DNA from: Negativicutes bacterium
Lineage (GTDB): Bacteria; Bacillota; Negativicutes; UBA1444
DNA length: 64,000 bases
NCBI GenBank assembly: GCA_963665275.2
Contig: CAXXIN010000003.1
Location: 32,001 to 96,000 of the forward strand
Direction: 5' to 3'
The translations under genes and the position numbers were made by a program. Numbering within the stretch: the first letter of the stretch is position 1; each line of letters opens with the position of its first letter. Shown here piece by piece: positions 49,427 to 58,532 of the stretch. The notes under the pieces were generated by a model. That model made no database searches and was not told the origin of the DNA. It saw nothing but the letters and a program-made list of their open reading frames with translations.

Positions 49427-49492
49427 TGGCGGGAGCGTGTAGGAATCGAACCCACCCAGGACGGGGTCACCGCCCCACACACGGTTTTGAAG
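49427..49492 (-). repeat. att site: duplicated 3' 66 bp of tRNA-Sec
   Basis: Identical to 55574-55639, from the anticodon loop to CCA. Confidence 0.93.
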
Positions 49493-49636
49493 TGTGAATC
49501 CGGTCATTTGGATAAAATTGGTATAGTGTAGAAGTGGCGAAACAAAGCCATTTTATCGATTTTTCTTTTTTGTGTATCCTAGCACGTTTTGGTACATTTT
49601 GCAAGATAGTGGCACACGAAATGGCACACGATTTTT

Positions 49637-49670
49637 GCCGGGATCGAACCGGCGACCTCTTGAATGCCAT
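49637..49670 (-). other. tRNA-Ala(GGC) fragment (anticodon loop to T-arm)
   Basis: ATGGCATTCAAGAGGTCGCCGGTTCGATCCCGGC with a perfect T-stem. Confidence 0.7.
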
Positions 49671-49683
49671 GAATGCAGCATTC

Positions 49684-50826
49684 TTATATATTGAATGGAG
49701 GCAAAACTGTGTGAAGGTTCATCTCATCTTCTAATAATTTCAATTCATAATCGACATAGTCACTTACTAACTTATGCGCTACAAACTGTTCAAACTTCTT
49801 TGGACCCACATACTTGCGTAGTCCTGGAGCTATTACATAGATTAGCCCTTCACCGCTGATTCCTTCCCAATATCTTGGCTCATTCGAAATCTCTATAACC
49901 GCATTTTGAACTTCATAAAAAGATGCATATAAAACTAACTTGTTACTTGTTCTGCGGATATGCAACAGATGTCCTCCTGGCCAAGTAAGAATACCTTTTA
50001 AATGCGAATCGGATATTTGAAAGAAGTTCGATCCATGAATCGGGATAGTTGCTCTGATTGCAGCATCTCTTGTCCACATTGCCTTTCTTAACATATTTGC
50101 AGAATTACTTGTTTCATATCCGCTCTTCAGAAGGATACTTCCAAGGCCCAAAGCAATTTTTGCCAAAAACCTATCACCGTAAGAAATACCTATTGCTGCC
50201 TCGACTTCATGGTGCTCCCCGAGCAAACTTATTAGATCCTGGTGAAGAGCGTTCAAACTATGAGGAATATCAGAAAAATCACCGCCCGGAGGAGTTGGTC
50301 CATTTCCTAAGAATAACTCGGATTTCCTAAATTGCTCCCGAAAAGATAATAATATTGTCGGGTGCCATTCAGGGTTATTTGAACGAACAAATATAAATGC
50401 AAACCCTCTGTCAATATTAATATTTCTCGCATATGTTGGTACTCCTACCATAGGAGTAGTATTAGGCTCCGCCGGATAAGGTTCATGGAAGTGATAAATC
50501 GTATCACCCGTTGGTCCGATCCACAATTCACAGATTTTCCCTTCGTAATCCATTTTTTTGATAATTCCCATATACGACAAAGGAAGGATGAGATTACTAT
50601 CGATATTCGCATATTTCATTATAGCGCTCGAACGATAATTCTGGTTCATCCAACTTTTTATAAAAGGACCATCAATATACGTACCGGCTAAATTATTGCA
50701 ACGTGTGCACACGTTCCTGATTGCAAATGGATTCTGTGGCGTAAGATTTCCACCTAGAGCCTGAGGAATTACATGTTCTTTAGAAAACAGTTCATTTTCC
50801 AATCCGCAATACAAACAAATTGACAT
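49684..50826 (-). CDS. HNH endonuclease-domain protein
   Basis: CLYC...SKEHVIPQALGG...VCTRCNN N-terminal zinc/HNH module; AGGAG RBS. Confidence 0.8.
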   Translation of the reverse strand: MSICLYCGLENELFSKEHVIPQALGGNLTPQNPFAIRNVCTRCNNLAGTYIDGPFIKSWMNQNYRSSAIMKYANIDSNLILPLSYMGIIKKMDYEGKICELWIGPTGDTIYHFHEPYPAEPNTTPMVGVPTYARNINIDRGFAFIFVRSNNPEWHPTILLSFREQFRKSELFLGNGPTPPGGDFSDIPHSLNALHQDLISLLGEHHEVEAAIGISYGDRFLAKIALGLGSILLKSGYETSNSANMLRKAMWTRDAAIRATIPIHGSNFFQISDSHLKGILTWPGGHLLHIRRTSNKLVLYASFYEVQNAVIEISNEPRYWEGISGEGLIYVIAPGLRKYVGPKKFEQFVAHKLVSDYVDYELKLLEDEMNLHTVLPPFNI

Positions 50827-50889
50827 ATCAAACTCCTACGCAAGCTTCTTGCCTTACGGTCGCACTCAAGATCGTGATAAGCTTGCTTT

Positions 50890-52497
50890 TCAACCAGATA
50901 GATATTCGTATACTGCCGCCATTGCAGAATTATGCATCATTCGGGCGCGTTTTTCGCCGATTAAAGCTACCGTCTGCAGTTGATTCTCGGAAGCGTTAAT
51001 TACATCACCAATGGAGTTAAGGTGCAATTCTCGCAGCTTTCCCTTCAAAAACGGAGTCAAATCTAAAACATCAGCGGATGTTTCGAGCCTAGACCGAAGC
51101 ACTGCGTTCATGTCTGGATCATTAATTTCAGAAGCACTCAGTGGTAAATCAGAATAAGCACTATTGTTCATTCCATATTCAGACATACGTCGAGGATCGA
51201 GTCCTTTTGCAATGTCAAAGCCAGATGATGCGGCCGCTTTTTCGAGTGATATCAAGCATCCCAAATTGACAATATACCTAGTCCCTATCTCTGATCTTGT
51301 GGCTTTAATGCCTGTTCCATTTTCATTAACTATGCCAGTATAAGCAAGCAAACGAATCGCTTCATGCACTGATTGCGGAGCCTTTCTATGAATCCAGAAG
51401 AAGCAGGTGGTCTTTTTATCACTTGCTAAATATTCATTGTTTTTCTTCTGTAACTCAGGCAATATGTCTTCTTCAATGAATTTGCGCCCCCAATTTATTA
51501 ATTCTTCATGTCCGGTGTATTTCCCACCTAACGTAGAATGTTCACTCCAAATATCCGTTCGGAAATACTCACGGATAACCTCATTAACTTGTTGACTATT
51601 TATTTTTTGAGCTTTAGAAACAATTTTGATCAATATTCTCGGGTTTCCTGTTGACGCATAGGCTAATACCGCAAAATTCTTCCCGTTTTTCGCAATATTT
51701 GTAGCGAGGTTGCTATCAGCGCGTTTCATGATGATTTCTTTCATGTTCTCAATATAATTTGGTAATAGAACATTTCTATCAACAGATATCATTGTTGCAT
51801 CATGCGCCGGCTGGAAAACATCACCGTAGTAAGTAACTCCAGGGTAAACAGCTGCATTACATGTTATTCTCGGACCCCGCATGTCTCTAAATAGAGTAAA
51901 AAATTGTCGTTGTTGTTCAGGTATAAATATATGGGCTGCCTCGTCGATAAATAAAGCAAATCGTTTTATTTTTATCAAACCGCACATATCATCAATAGCG
52001 CATTTAAATTCTTCAATGGATGGAATGCTTGAAGTATCGATGTTGCTTGAAAAATTTTTCCACGAGTCTTCAAGCTTCTTTGTGATTTTCTCCATAGGCG
52101 TATCCCCTGAAATATCTCTTAGCCCTCCAGTTAAGACTGACGTAGTCGCACATGTGGGCAATATGATTCCTTGAATACTCAGACTCCTAACTATTTGAGA
52201 ACATATGCGAGCCAACATCCAATATTGAAAGCGTTTAGGATCTGAAGTCTGGATAAGCGAAGACTTAGTAAAGGTCAAATATACCGGAAATATCCTGTCT
52301 TGAGCAAAAGACGCTAATAATTCTGCTTCCGCGACGCGAAGCAAAAACGTTTTCCCTGCCCCTCGGCTCGCGATCAAAATGGTTGGATTAATCGACTTGA
52401 GTTGATTTACCAACAGTCTATCTTGTTCTGTTTCAACAAAATACTCCATTATTTCATCAAGGGTCAAATCTTCGGTCCTATATGACATATTGCTCAT
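50890..52497 (-). CDS. P-loop ATPase with C-terminal HhH / RNAP alpha-CTD-like domain
   Basis: Walker A ASRGAGKT, Walker B ALFIDEA, GNPR; tail LDLTPFLKGKLRELHLNSIGDVINASENQLQTVALIGEKRARM. Confidence 0.75.
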   Translation of the reverse strand: MSNMSYRTEDLTLDEIMEYFVETEQDRLLVNQLKSINPTILIASRGAGKTFLLRVAEAELLASFAQDRIFPVYLTFTKSSLIQTSDPKRFQYWMLARICSQIVRSLSIQGIILPTCATTSVLTGGLRDISGDTPMEKITKKLEDSWKNFSSNIDTSSIPSIEEFKCAIDDMCGLIKIKRFALFIDEAAHIFIPEQQRQFFTLFRDMRGPRITCNAAVYPGVTYYGDVFQPAHDATMISVDRNVLLPNYIENMKEIIMKRADSNLATNIAKNGKNFAVLAYASTGNPRILIKIVSKAQKINSQQVNEVIREYFRTDIWSEHSTLGGKYTGHEELINWGRKFIEEDILPELQKKNNEYLASDKKTTCFFWIHRKAPQSVHEAIRLLAYTGIVNENGTGIKATRSEIGTRYIVNLGCLISLEKAAASSGFDIAKGLDPRRMSEYGMNNSAYSDLPLSASEINDPDMNAVLRSRLETSADVLDLTPFLKGKLRELHLNSIGDVINASENQLQTVALIGEKRARMMHNSAMAAVYEYLSG

Positions 52498-52502
52498 TTT
52501 GT

Positions 52503-53258
52503 CTATCCTCCTATAGTCCCGCCGAATAATGCCCTTACCGGTGGTAGATGGTTTAACTCTCTACAGATAACATCTTGTATTTTCCCGAGTTTATCTTTTT
52601 CCATAAGAGACAAATAACGAACTGAATAAGCATAGAAAACAACAAGTGTTATACTTCTGACCTTATCATGCCATTCGTCAAAAATTTCTTGGGAAAAATT
52701 GGTCTCGCGCGGCAATTTATTTGAGGCAATATAATTTCCATGAATGTATTCCGAGCATTCTCGATAGATTTTTTCCGCTATTGGGCAAATACCTTTGGAT
52801 TCCGATTCTAATGATTCAAAAAATGCTCTGGCAAATTTTTTAGAAAATACACCATTATCCAAATCAATAATCTCTTTCCAGAAAATATCCCGTTGCTCCA
52901 CCATCCATGTGCGCAATTCGATTTCTCTTGCGGAAAACAATATGCCGGCAAGCGTTAGTTCTAAGAAAAATCGCAACCCAGTAAATGCATAACGATATTG
53001 ACCACAGCCTAGAGACAAAAGCGCATTGTAATATTCGTCTTGCGCTTGTTGAAATATCACTATTTCCGGTTTGTCCGACAAACAATCAATCAACCGTCCG
53101 TAATCAAGCAATACAAGAAATGATTTGTTCATTTTTAATAGATTTTCATCTGTAACAGATACTTGAATATTTTCTTTTGCTTTATCCATAAATATTTCAT
53201 AAATATCTTTACATTCTATTGTCATAATTTCTCCAGATTTTCTATCATAGAATCTCAT
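52503..53258 (-). CDS. Hypothetical protein with HEPN-like motifs
   Basis: GQYRYAFTGLRFFLE and IYRECSEYIHG; 5 bp from the ATPase start. Confidence 0.6.
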   Translation of the reverse strand: MRFYDRKSGEIMTIECKDIYEIFMDKAKENIQVSVTDENLLKMNKSFLVLLDYGRLIDCLSDKPEIVIFQQAQDEYYNALLSLGCGQYRYAFTGLRFFLELTLAGILFSAREIELRTWMVEQRDIFWKEIIDLDNGVFSKKFARAFFESLESESKGICPIAEKIYRECSEYIHGNYIASNKLPRETNFSQEIFDEWHDKVRSITLVVFYAYSVRYLSLMEKDKLGKIQDVICRELNHLPPVRALFGGTIGG

Positions 53259-53701
53259 ATTTCAGCCTCTCAACCCAACTCATTATGTAAGCTTGGCTTT
53301 CTTTCATGGAATGAAAATTCAACGTCACCGCTCTATTTCCTTTACCTGCCTATCAAAAGTTCTACCTTATGGCATGCTGATTTATTCTTTAACAAGAACA
53401 GTCTCTCTCCTCCACAAACCATTTTCCTCGTCATCGAACAAACATACTTCTTTCCCCAGAAGCTGGAACCAATACCGCATCCCCTCCGGTGCCCTACAGT
53501 GACGGTGTCATCCTCGCGTCCATCACCCGGTTGAGCTCCTACTGTTTGCCGCTGACCCACCACCAGGGCCAGCGGCTTTGTTTTTCCATCTGGATATTGG
53601 AGGGCAATGAATTGCTCTTTATACCATAGGGGCACCTTCAACATGCAAGTTGACCCATCCGTTACAACTCTTTTCCCAAACGCAACTTTAGGATACGTTA
53701 T

Positions 53702-54271
53702 CTATTCTCCAGCGTGCTTCAAAGGGATTATCCCCAATTTTACGCGATACTCTTTATCTTTATAGTCCTTCGCAACGAGCCAGACATCCTGCTCTATAAT
53801 GGGGAAATCATTTACATCCAAACAGCTCTCTAAGTCAAAATGATACATCGTTCTTGGCATAAAATTCAATACCTTGAGACTATCATAAAACATCACGGGC
53901 CCAACCTTCCGCCCCGTATCCAAGTCCTTTACATCGGCACGTTTTCTTCGATTATCTGTATTGTATTCAATTACAATATCGCGAAGGCTATTAGGTACCT
54001 CGGTACAGTTGAATACATCCAATGAAATTTTTATAGATCCGTGTGAAATATCATCGTCTAAATCAGCCGGTACCAACCCACCCATCTCATCTGACTTAAA
54101 ACACGGCATTTCAAAATTGGATACGTAAAAAACCAGGTCGCCGCGTTTCAAAAAACATTGGATAATTATGGCACCAAACGCTGCCGCTAAAGTGAAAAAT
54201 CCCGTTATAATATTGGGCCAGACATCTTTAGGTATCACAAGTTCTCCTTTATCGTCTCTTGACTGCAGCAT
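53702..54271 (-). CDS. Hypothetical N-terminal TM protein
   Basis: 189-aa ORF with one TM and a beta-rich remainder. Confidence 0.55.
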   Translation of the reverse strand: MLQSRDDKGELVIPKDVWPNIITGFFTLAAAFGAIIIQCFLKRGDLVFYVSNFEMPCFKSDEMGGLVPADLDDDISHGSIKISLDVFNCTEVPNSLRDIVIEYNTDNRRKRADVKDLDTGRKVGPVMFYDSLKVLNFMPRTMYHFDLESCLDVNDFPIIEQDVWLVAKDYKDKEYRVKLGIIPLKHAGE

Positions 54272-54461
54272 TTCCTATACATTATTGCTAACTAATCATT
54301 TTTGTACCTCCCTTGACCACTGTTGCAATTTCCACTTAACCATGTGCGCATATAAATAAGCCAGTTTTCAATTGATTAATTGATCTAAAACAGGATATAT
54401 TTGTTTGAGGGGTTCATAAGAGATACTCTGCTTTCTATCTTCTACATCAAAGTTTATATTC

Positions 54462-55226
54462 TTAATAGTGGCGTTGTTTTTTTTGCCAATACATCTTGAG
54501 TCGCTCCTGATTCAATACTATCGTAAACACATTAATAGGAGGCTGATTACGATAATCCATCTCGAACACATTAATCCAAGAAGCAATATCAACAGGCCGT
54601 TTACCATCAATTGGACACATTTGAGGGACCTTGGGAACAATATCTATTGCATACTTTTTATTATGATGCTGAATGTAAATCACTACGCGACCAAAGTTCT
54701 CAGAATACCACTGTCTTAAATCATCAGTTGAATATCTTTCAAAATCATTTAGGCTTTGCCCTAATGAATAAATTATCCAGTTAATTATTGTAGATTTTCC
54801 AGTGCCTCTTGCACCAATTAAGCAATTCAAAGATCCGTTAAAACGCAAGTAGTACCAGATATTATCAGCCATCCCCATTGGCGAATCCCAAAACGCCATC
54901 CCCACTATATATGGATACTCTATTCCCTCTGGTTTGCCTTTTAATACTCGCAAATCAGGATCTCTCAGCGCATATTTCACTCCAAAGAAATCGGGCTTTG
55001 TCATCTTAAGCCATATGGTGTTCTTCCCAATTTTTTCAGGGCAATGCGCATCTGAATCATGAACAAAAGCCATCATATTCGTACGCTTATATGTTCCATT
55101 TTGAATTTCTTTGAATAACTCTTTTTCTTTCTCTGGATCCATCACTGCCAATGCCGAAACCTTATCATCTGTAATTATCCGTCGTATATCAGGTTTACTA
55201 AAAGCAGAGTTCCGCTTCTCTTTCAA
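54462..55226 (-). pseudogene. Internal fragment of a PHP + SMC-like ATPase (TrlF/Ppl-like)
   Basis: DSDAH, WLKM..PDF.G..YAL.DP..RV and LNCLIGARGTGKSTII motifs; both ends missing. Confidence 0.75.
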
Positions 55227-55289
55227 GCTGTTCAGCTACCTGCCGAACCTGGCCAATGTCCCCGCTCATGACCGCTGCCTGAAGCCTCG

Positions 55290-55511
55290 TGTAGAGTTCC
55301 GCGGCAAACGTTCGCCACACTTATGGACCGCTCAGAGATTTCCGACGTCGATCTATCCCGACTGCTCGGTCACACCAAGGTATGCACAACCAAAAACCTT
55401 TATACCCACGCGTTGCCCGGAGCCGATGACTTAGCGGCATCTACGATGCAGAACCTCATCAAACCCAACGGAACAGACGCTTTACCGCCTACTGGCACAC
55501 AGCCCTCCTAA
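55290..55511 (+). pseudogene. Tyrosine integrase C-terminal remnant
   Basis: RQTFATL...SRLLGH...TT.NLYTH (box II and catalytic Tyr), next to the att site. Confidence 0.8.
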
Positions 55512-55532
55512 AAATGAAAAATGGCACATAAA

Positions 55533-55564
55533 AAAGACCGCTGGCGATCATGCCAGCGGTCTTG
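55533..55564 (-). terminator. Terminator behind intact tRNA-Sec
   Basis: aagaccgctggc-gatcat-gccagcggtctt with a T-tract on the minus strand. Confidence 0.75.
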
Positions 55565-55573
55565 ATTTATAAG

Positions 55574-55671
55574 TGGCGGGAGCGTGTAGGAATCGAACCC
55601 ACCCAGGACGGGGTCACCGCCCCACACACGGTTTTGAAGACCGGGGAGACCACCAGGCCCCATGCGCCCCC
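55574..55671 (-). tRNA. selC: tRNA-Sec (anticodon UCA)
   Basis: 98 nt; 6-bp D-stem GGGGCC/GGTCTC, CT-TCA-AA loop, long variable arm, 8/5 fold, GCCA end. Confidence 0.93.
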
Positions 55672-55722
55672 ACATACTATTACATTTTACATGAATTACG
55701 AGCGTTCGACAAGATTTCTCCG

Positions 55723-55941
55723 TTATTCGCCGACAAATTCAAATCGAGCGAATACCCTGCCGTCCCGCTCAACGGTTTCCAGAAACATTGCTGCCGAGCG
55801 AACCCATAATCCGCCTTCGCCATACAGTGCCCGGTATACGACCATCGGTTCACAAGTTTCGCTATGCTTCGCGATTCCGACCACTTCGTATTCACCGCCC
55901 TTGAAGTGCCGATAGCGGCCGAGCTTTATCTCGTTCATCAT
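55723..55941 (-). CDS. DUF1653 protein
   Basis: GRYRHFKG..Y.V.GIAKHSET.E.MVVYRALYGE..LWVR...MF. Confidence 0.88.
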   Translation of the reverse strand: MMNEIKLGRYRHFKGGEYEVVGIAKHSETCEPMVVYRALYGEGGLWVRSAAMFLETVERDGRVFARFEFVGE

Positions 55942-56699
55942 CTGCACCCCCGTACGACGCCATGACCTGTGGGCCGCGCGAATCCCAGCTCCGCATGATC
56001 CTCTCGGAGCAGCACTTCCGCCGGTGTTCCGCAGGCGGCCACCCTCCCGTCACATATTGCCACCACCAGATCGGCCCATTCCAGCACCCAGTCCATGTCG
56101 TGTGTCGAAATAACCAGCGTTTTACCGGACTTGTGCAGTCGGTCGAGAATGCCACAAAGGTTGAGAGTGCCCGCATAATCGAGACCCGCTGTTGGCTCAT
56201 CCATGACCAGAACTTCGGGTTCCATCGCCAGCACACCAGCGAGCGCCACCCGTTTCTTTTGCCCTGGACTGAGAAAGTGCACTGGATCTTCCAGATATTC
56301 CATCATCTCGACCGTTTCCACCGCTTTCCGGGCAGCCCGCTCCGCTTCCTCCAGCGTCAGTCCCATGTTCATCGGGCCGAACAGCACATCATCGAGCACT
56401 GTGGGTGCGAACAATTGCATGTCCTGGTCCTGAAAAACCAGGCCAATTTTTTGCCGCAGCCGGTTCACCGACTTTCGTGAATAATCATAGGGTGTACCCT
56501 GAAAATAGAGAGCACCAGATGTCGGTTGTAAAATTGCGTTGAAATGCAGGAACAGCGTCGATTTCCCGGCGCCATTCGGGCCGACGAGCGCGACTCGGGC
56601 TCCGGACGGAATAGCGATATTCAGATCTTTCAGTACCGGCTTGCCGGACTGGTAGTTAAAACAGACGGATTTGGCTTCCAGAATGGGAACTGACGACAT
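55938..56699 (-). CDS. cbiO: Cobalt ECF transporter ATPase
   Basis: GPNGAGKSTLF, LS.GQKKRV and DEPTAGLD motifs; operon context. Confidence 0.9.
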   Translation of the reverse strand: MSSVPILEAKSVCFNYQSGKPVLKDLNIAIPSGARVALVGPNGAGKSTLFLHFNAILQPTSGALYFQGTPYDYSRKSVNRLRQKIGLVFQDQDMQLFAPTVLDDVLFGPMNMGLTLEEAERAARKAVETVEMMEYLEDPVHFLSPGQKKRVALAGVLAMEPEVLVMDEPTAGLDYAGTLNLCGILDRLHKSGKTLVISTHDMDWVLEWADLVVAICDGRVAACGTPAEVLLREDHAELGFARPTGHGVVRGCR

Positions 56700-56716
56700 G
56701 AGATTTTTTCCTCCGA

Positions 56717-57475
56717 TCAATGTGAAAGCCAGATGGACACAACAAAAAAAGCCACGATGAAGGTGAAGCGCACCGGCGCCAGACGTTGCGGCGGATAGCG
56801 AAAAACCAGCCGCTCCGTATAGTTGCGCGAGGATAACCCGATGAACAGGTCCCGGGCCGTGATGAACGATTTTCGACCCAGATTGGCGGCTAAAATGCCG
56901 ATCGACCGCAAGGACCGTGACAGGTTCGAGTACCCCAGCCGGGATTGTTGGGCTGTGTAAATCTGCGCCGCCGTGTTCAGGATCACGAAGATAAAGCGGT
57001 AGGCCAGTAATGCAACCTCCAGGACCGGACGCAAAAACGGGATGCGTGAGGCCCAGGCCGTCAGGTAGCTAACCGGAGTCGTACCAGCCAGCAACAACAG
57101 ACAGGCCGACGCAGCAACCGAGCGCAACAGGGTTGCCTCCATCGCCGATCGCCCCGCCTCCGTCACTCCGACGTAAACAGCCCCCATGTGCAGGCTCCAT
57201 ATCGCAGGAAACGGTTCCAGCGAAAAACTGAACAAAACTGTGGCAACCGCCATCAACAAAAACGGCAGCAATGTGCCCCACAACCTCAGCCAATAAACGA
57301 TAGGCATGCCTGCCCGCCAGAGAAGGGCGGACATAAACAGGAACACCGCCAGATTCACCGCCTGCAGGCCGGAACTGACGGCCAGCAGTAACCCACCCAA
57401 GCCCACAGCCAGTTTTTCCAGAATGCTGATGTGGGAAAACCGATTATGGTACGACAAAAAATCCAAATACAGCAT
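56717..57475 (-). CDS. cbiQ: Cobalt ECF transporter T component
   Basis: YRFIF, AQQSRLGY and SR motifs; operon context. Confidence 0.9.
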   Translation of the reverse strand: MLYLDFLSYHNRFSHISILEKLAVGLGGLLLAVSSGLQAVNLAVFLFMSALLWRAGMPIVYWLRLWGTLLPFLLMAVATVLFSFSLEPFPAIWSLHMGAVYVGVTEAGRSAMEATLLRSVAASACLLLLAGTTPVSYLTAWASRIPFLRPVLEVALLAYRFIFVILNTAAQIYTAQQSRLGYSNLSRSLRSIGILAANLGRKSFITARDLFIGLSSRNYTERLVFRYPPQRLAPVRFTFIVAFFVVSIWLSH

Positions 57476-57481
57476 GAAAAC

Positions 57482-57766
57482 TCAAGCGGACCGGGAGGAC
57501 CGGCGACCACGCTGAAAACCAATCCAGTAGCCGATGAACCCAGCGCCGATTCCAGCCTGCACAGCGAACAGGAAGGACTCGACCTCAGCCGAAGGCGGCT
57601 TCCAGATGGAACTAAACCACGGTTGATAGCCCGGATTGATTTCGGCGACGACTCCCTGCACTTGATCATCCGCTCCACCGAAATCCGCACCGGCTTTCCA
57701 GATGAGGGGAAAGGCCACCAGGGCCACGACCAACAAAATCAGAATCAGGTTCTCGTGTTTTTTCAT
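57482..57766 (-). CDS. cbiN: Cobalt transport protein
   Basis: FGGADD...YQPWF..IW.PPS.EVESFLFA.QA motif. Confidence 0.92.
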   Translation of the reverse strand: MKKHENLILILLVVALVAFPLIWKAGADFGGADDQVQGVVAEINPGYQPWFSSIWKPPSAEVESFLFAVQAGIGAGFIGYWIGFQRGRRSSRSA

Positions 57767-58509
57767 GTCTCGTGTTCGCTCCCCTTCCACCAAAGATGGA
57801 TCAAGCCCTGTTCATTGTATCGCAGCAGCGTGTTGTAAACCACCACGCTGAGCAGCCCTTCGCTGATCGCTAGTGGAACCTGCGTCAGCGCAAAGACGCC
57901 GGCAAACTTCAGGAACGAGGCAGCCATGCCGCCGACCGGGTCCGGAAATGCCGCGCTCAGTTGCCCTGCTGTCACCATGTAAGTCGCCAGATCGCCGAGT
58001 GCCGCCGCCGAAAAAACCGCCACCTTGTCAGGCAGTCCTGCCGCTCGCACGCCGTGGAAAACGAGATAGGCTGTCACACCGCCGGCGACTCCCATCGAAA
58101 AAGTGTTCGCTCCCCAGGTTGTCAATCCGCCATGCGCCAGCAGCAGTGCCTGAAAGGCCAGCACGATACCGGCCGTGATCCCCGCCACCCAAGGCCCGAA
58201 CAATATCGCCGCCAGGCCGATGCCTGTCGCATGGGAACTCGAACCGGTAACCGAAGGCATCTTCAGTGCCGACAAGACAAACACAAACGCCGTGACCAAC
58301 CCGAGCAGGAGTTTGCGATCCGGATGGTCTTTCATCAGGCGGTTAATCTTAATAATCCCCACCAACACAAACGGTGCAACCGCCGCAAACCAAAACAGTG
58401 CGTGCTGCTGCGGCAAAAAGCCTTCCATGATATGCATGGCCTGCGCTAGATTCGGCAATGCCAACCCAGCTGCCAAGATCGACAAACATGTGATGATTTT
58501 CAAATCCAA
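57763..58509 (-). CDS. cbiM: Cobalt ECF transporter S component
   Basis: Signal peptide then MHIMEGFL; GSSSH and LAHGGLTT motifs. Confidence 0.93.
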   Translation of the reverse strand: MDLKIITCLSILAAGLALPNLAQAMHIMEGFLPQQHALFWFAAVAPFVLVGIIKINRLMKDHPDRKLLLGLVTAFVFVLSALKMPSVTGSSSHATGIGLAAILFGPWVAGITAGIVLAFQALLLAHGGLTTWGANTFSMGVAGGVTAYLVFHGVRAAGLPDKVAVFSAAALGDLATYMVTAGQLSAAFPDPVGGMAASFLKFAGVFALTQVPLAISEGLLSVVVYNTLLRYNEQGLIHLWWKGSEHET

Positions 58510-58532
58510 CCCGACCTCCTTACGACCCCAGA

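Larger units (their letters stand above)
49427..55639. mobile_element. Degenerate integrative islet inserted in selC
   Basis: 66-bp direct repeat, integrase remnant, TGGCACAC repeats near both ends, AT-rich cargo. Confidence 0.85.

Noticed and set aside
55550-55915. Plus-strand ORFs here and at 49093-49497 sharing MAGACRNRTHPG
   Set aside because: They are translations of the tRNA-Sec antisense strand and its duplicate
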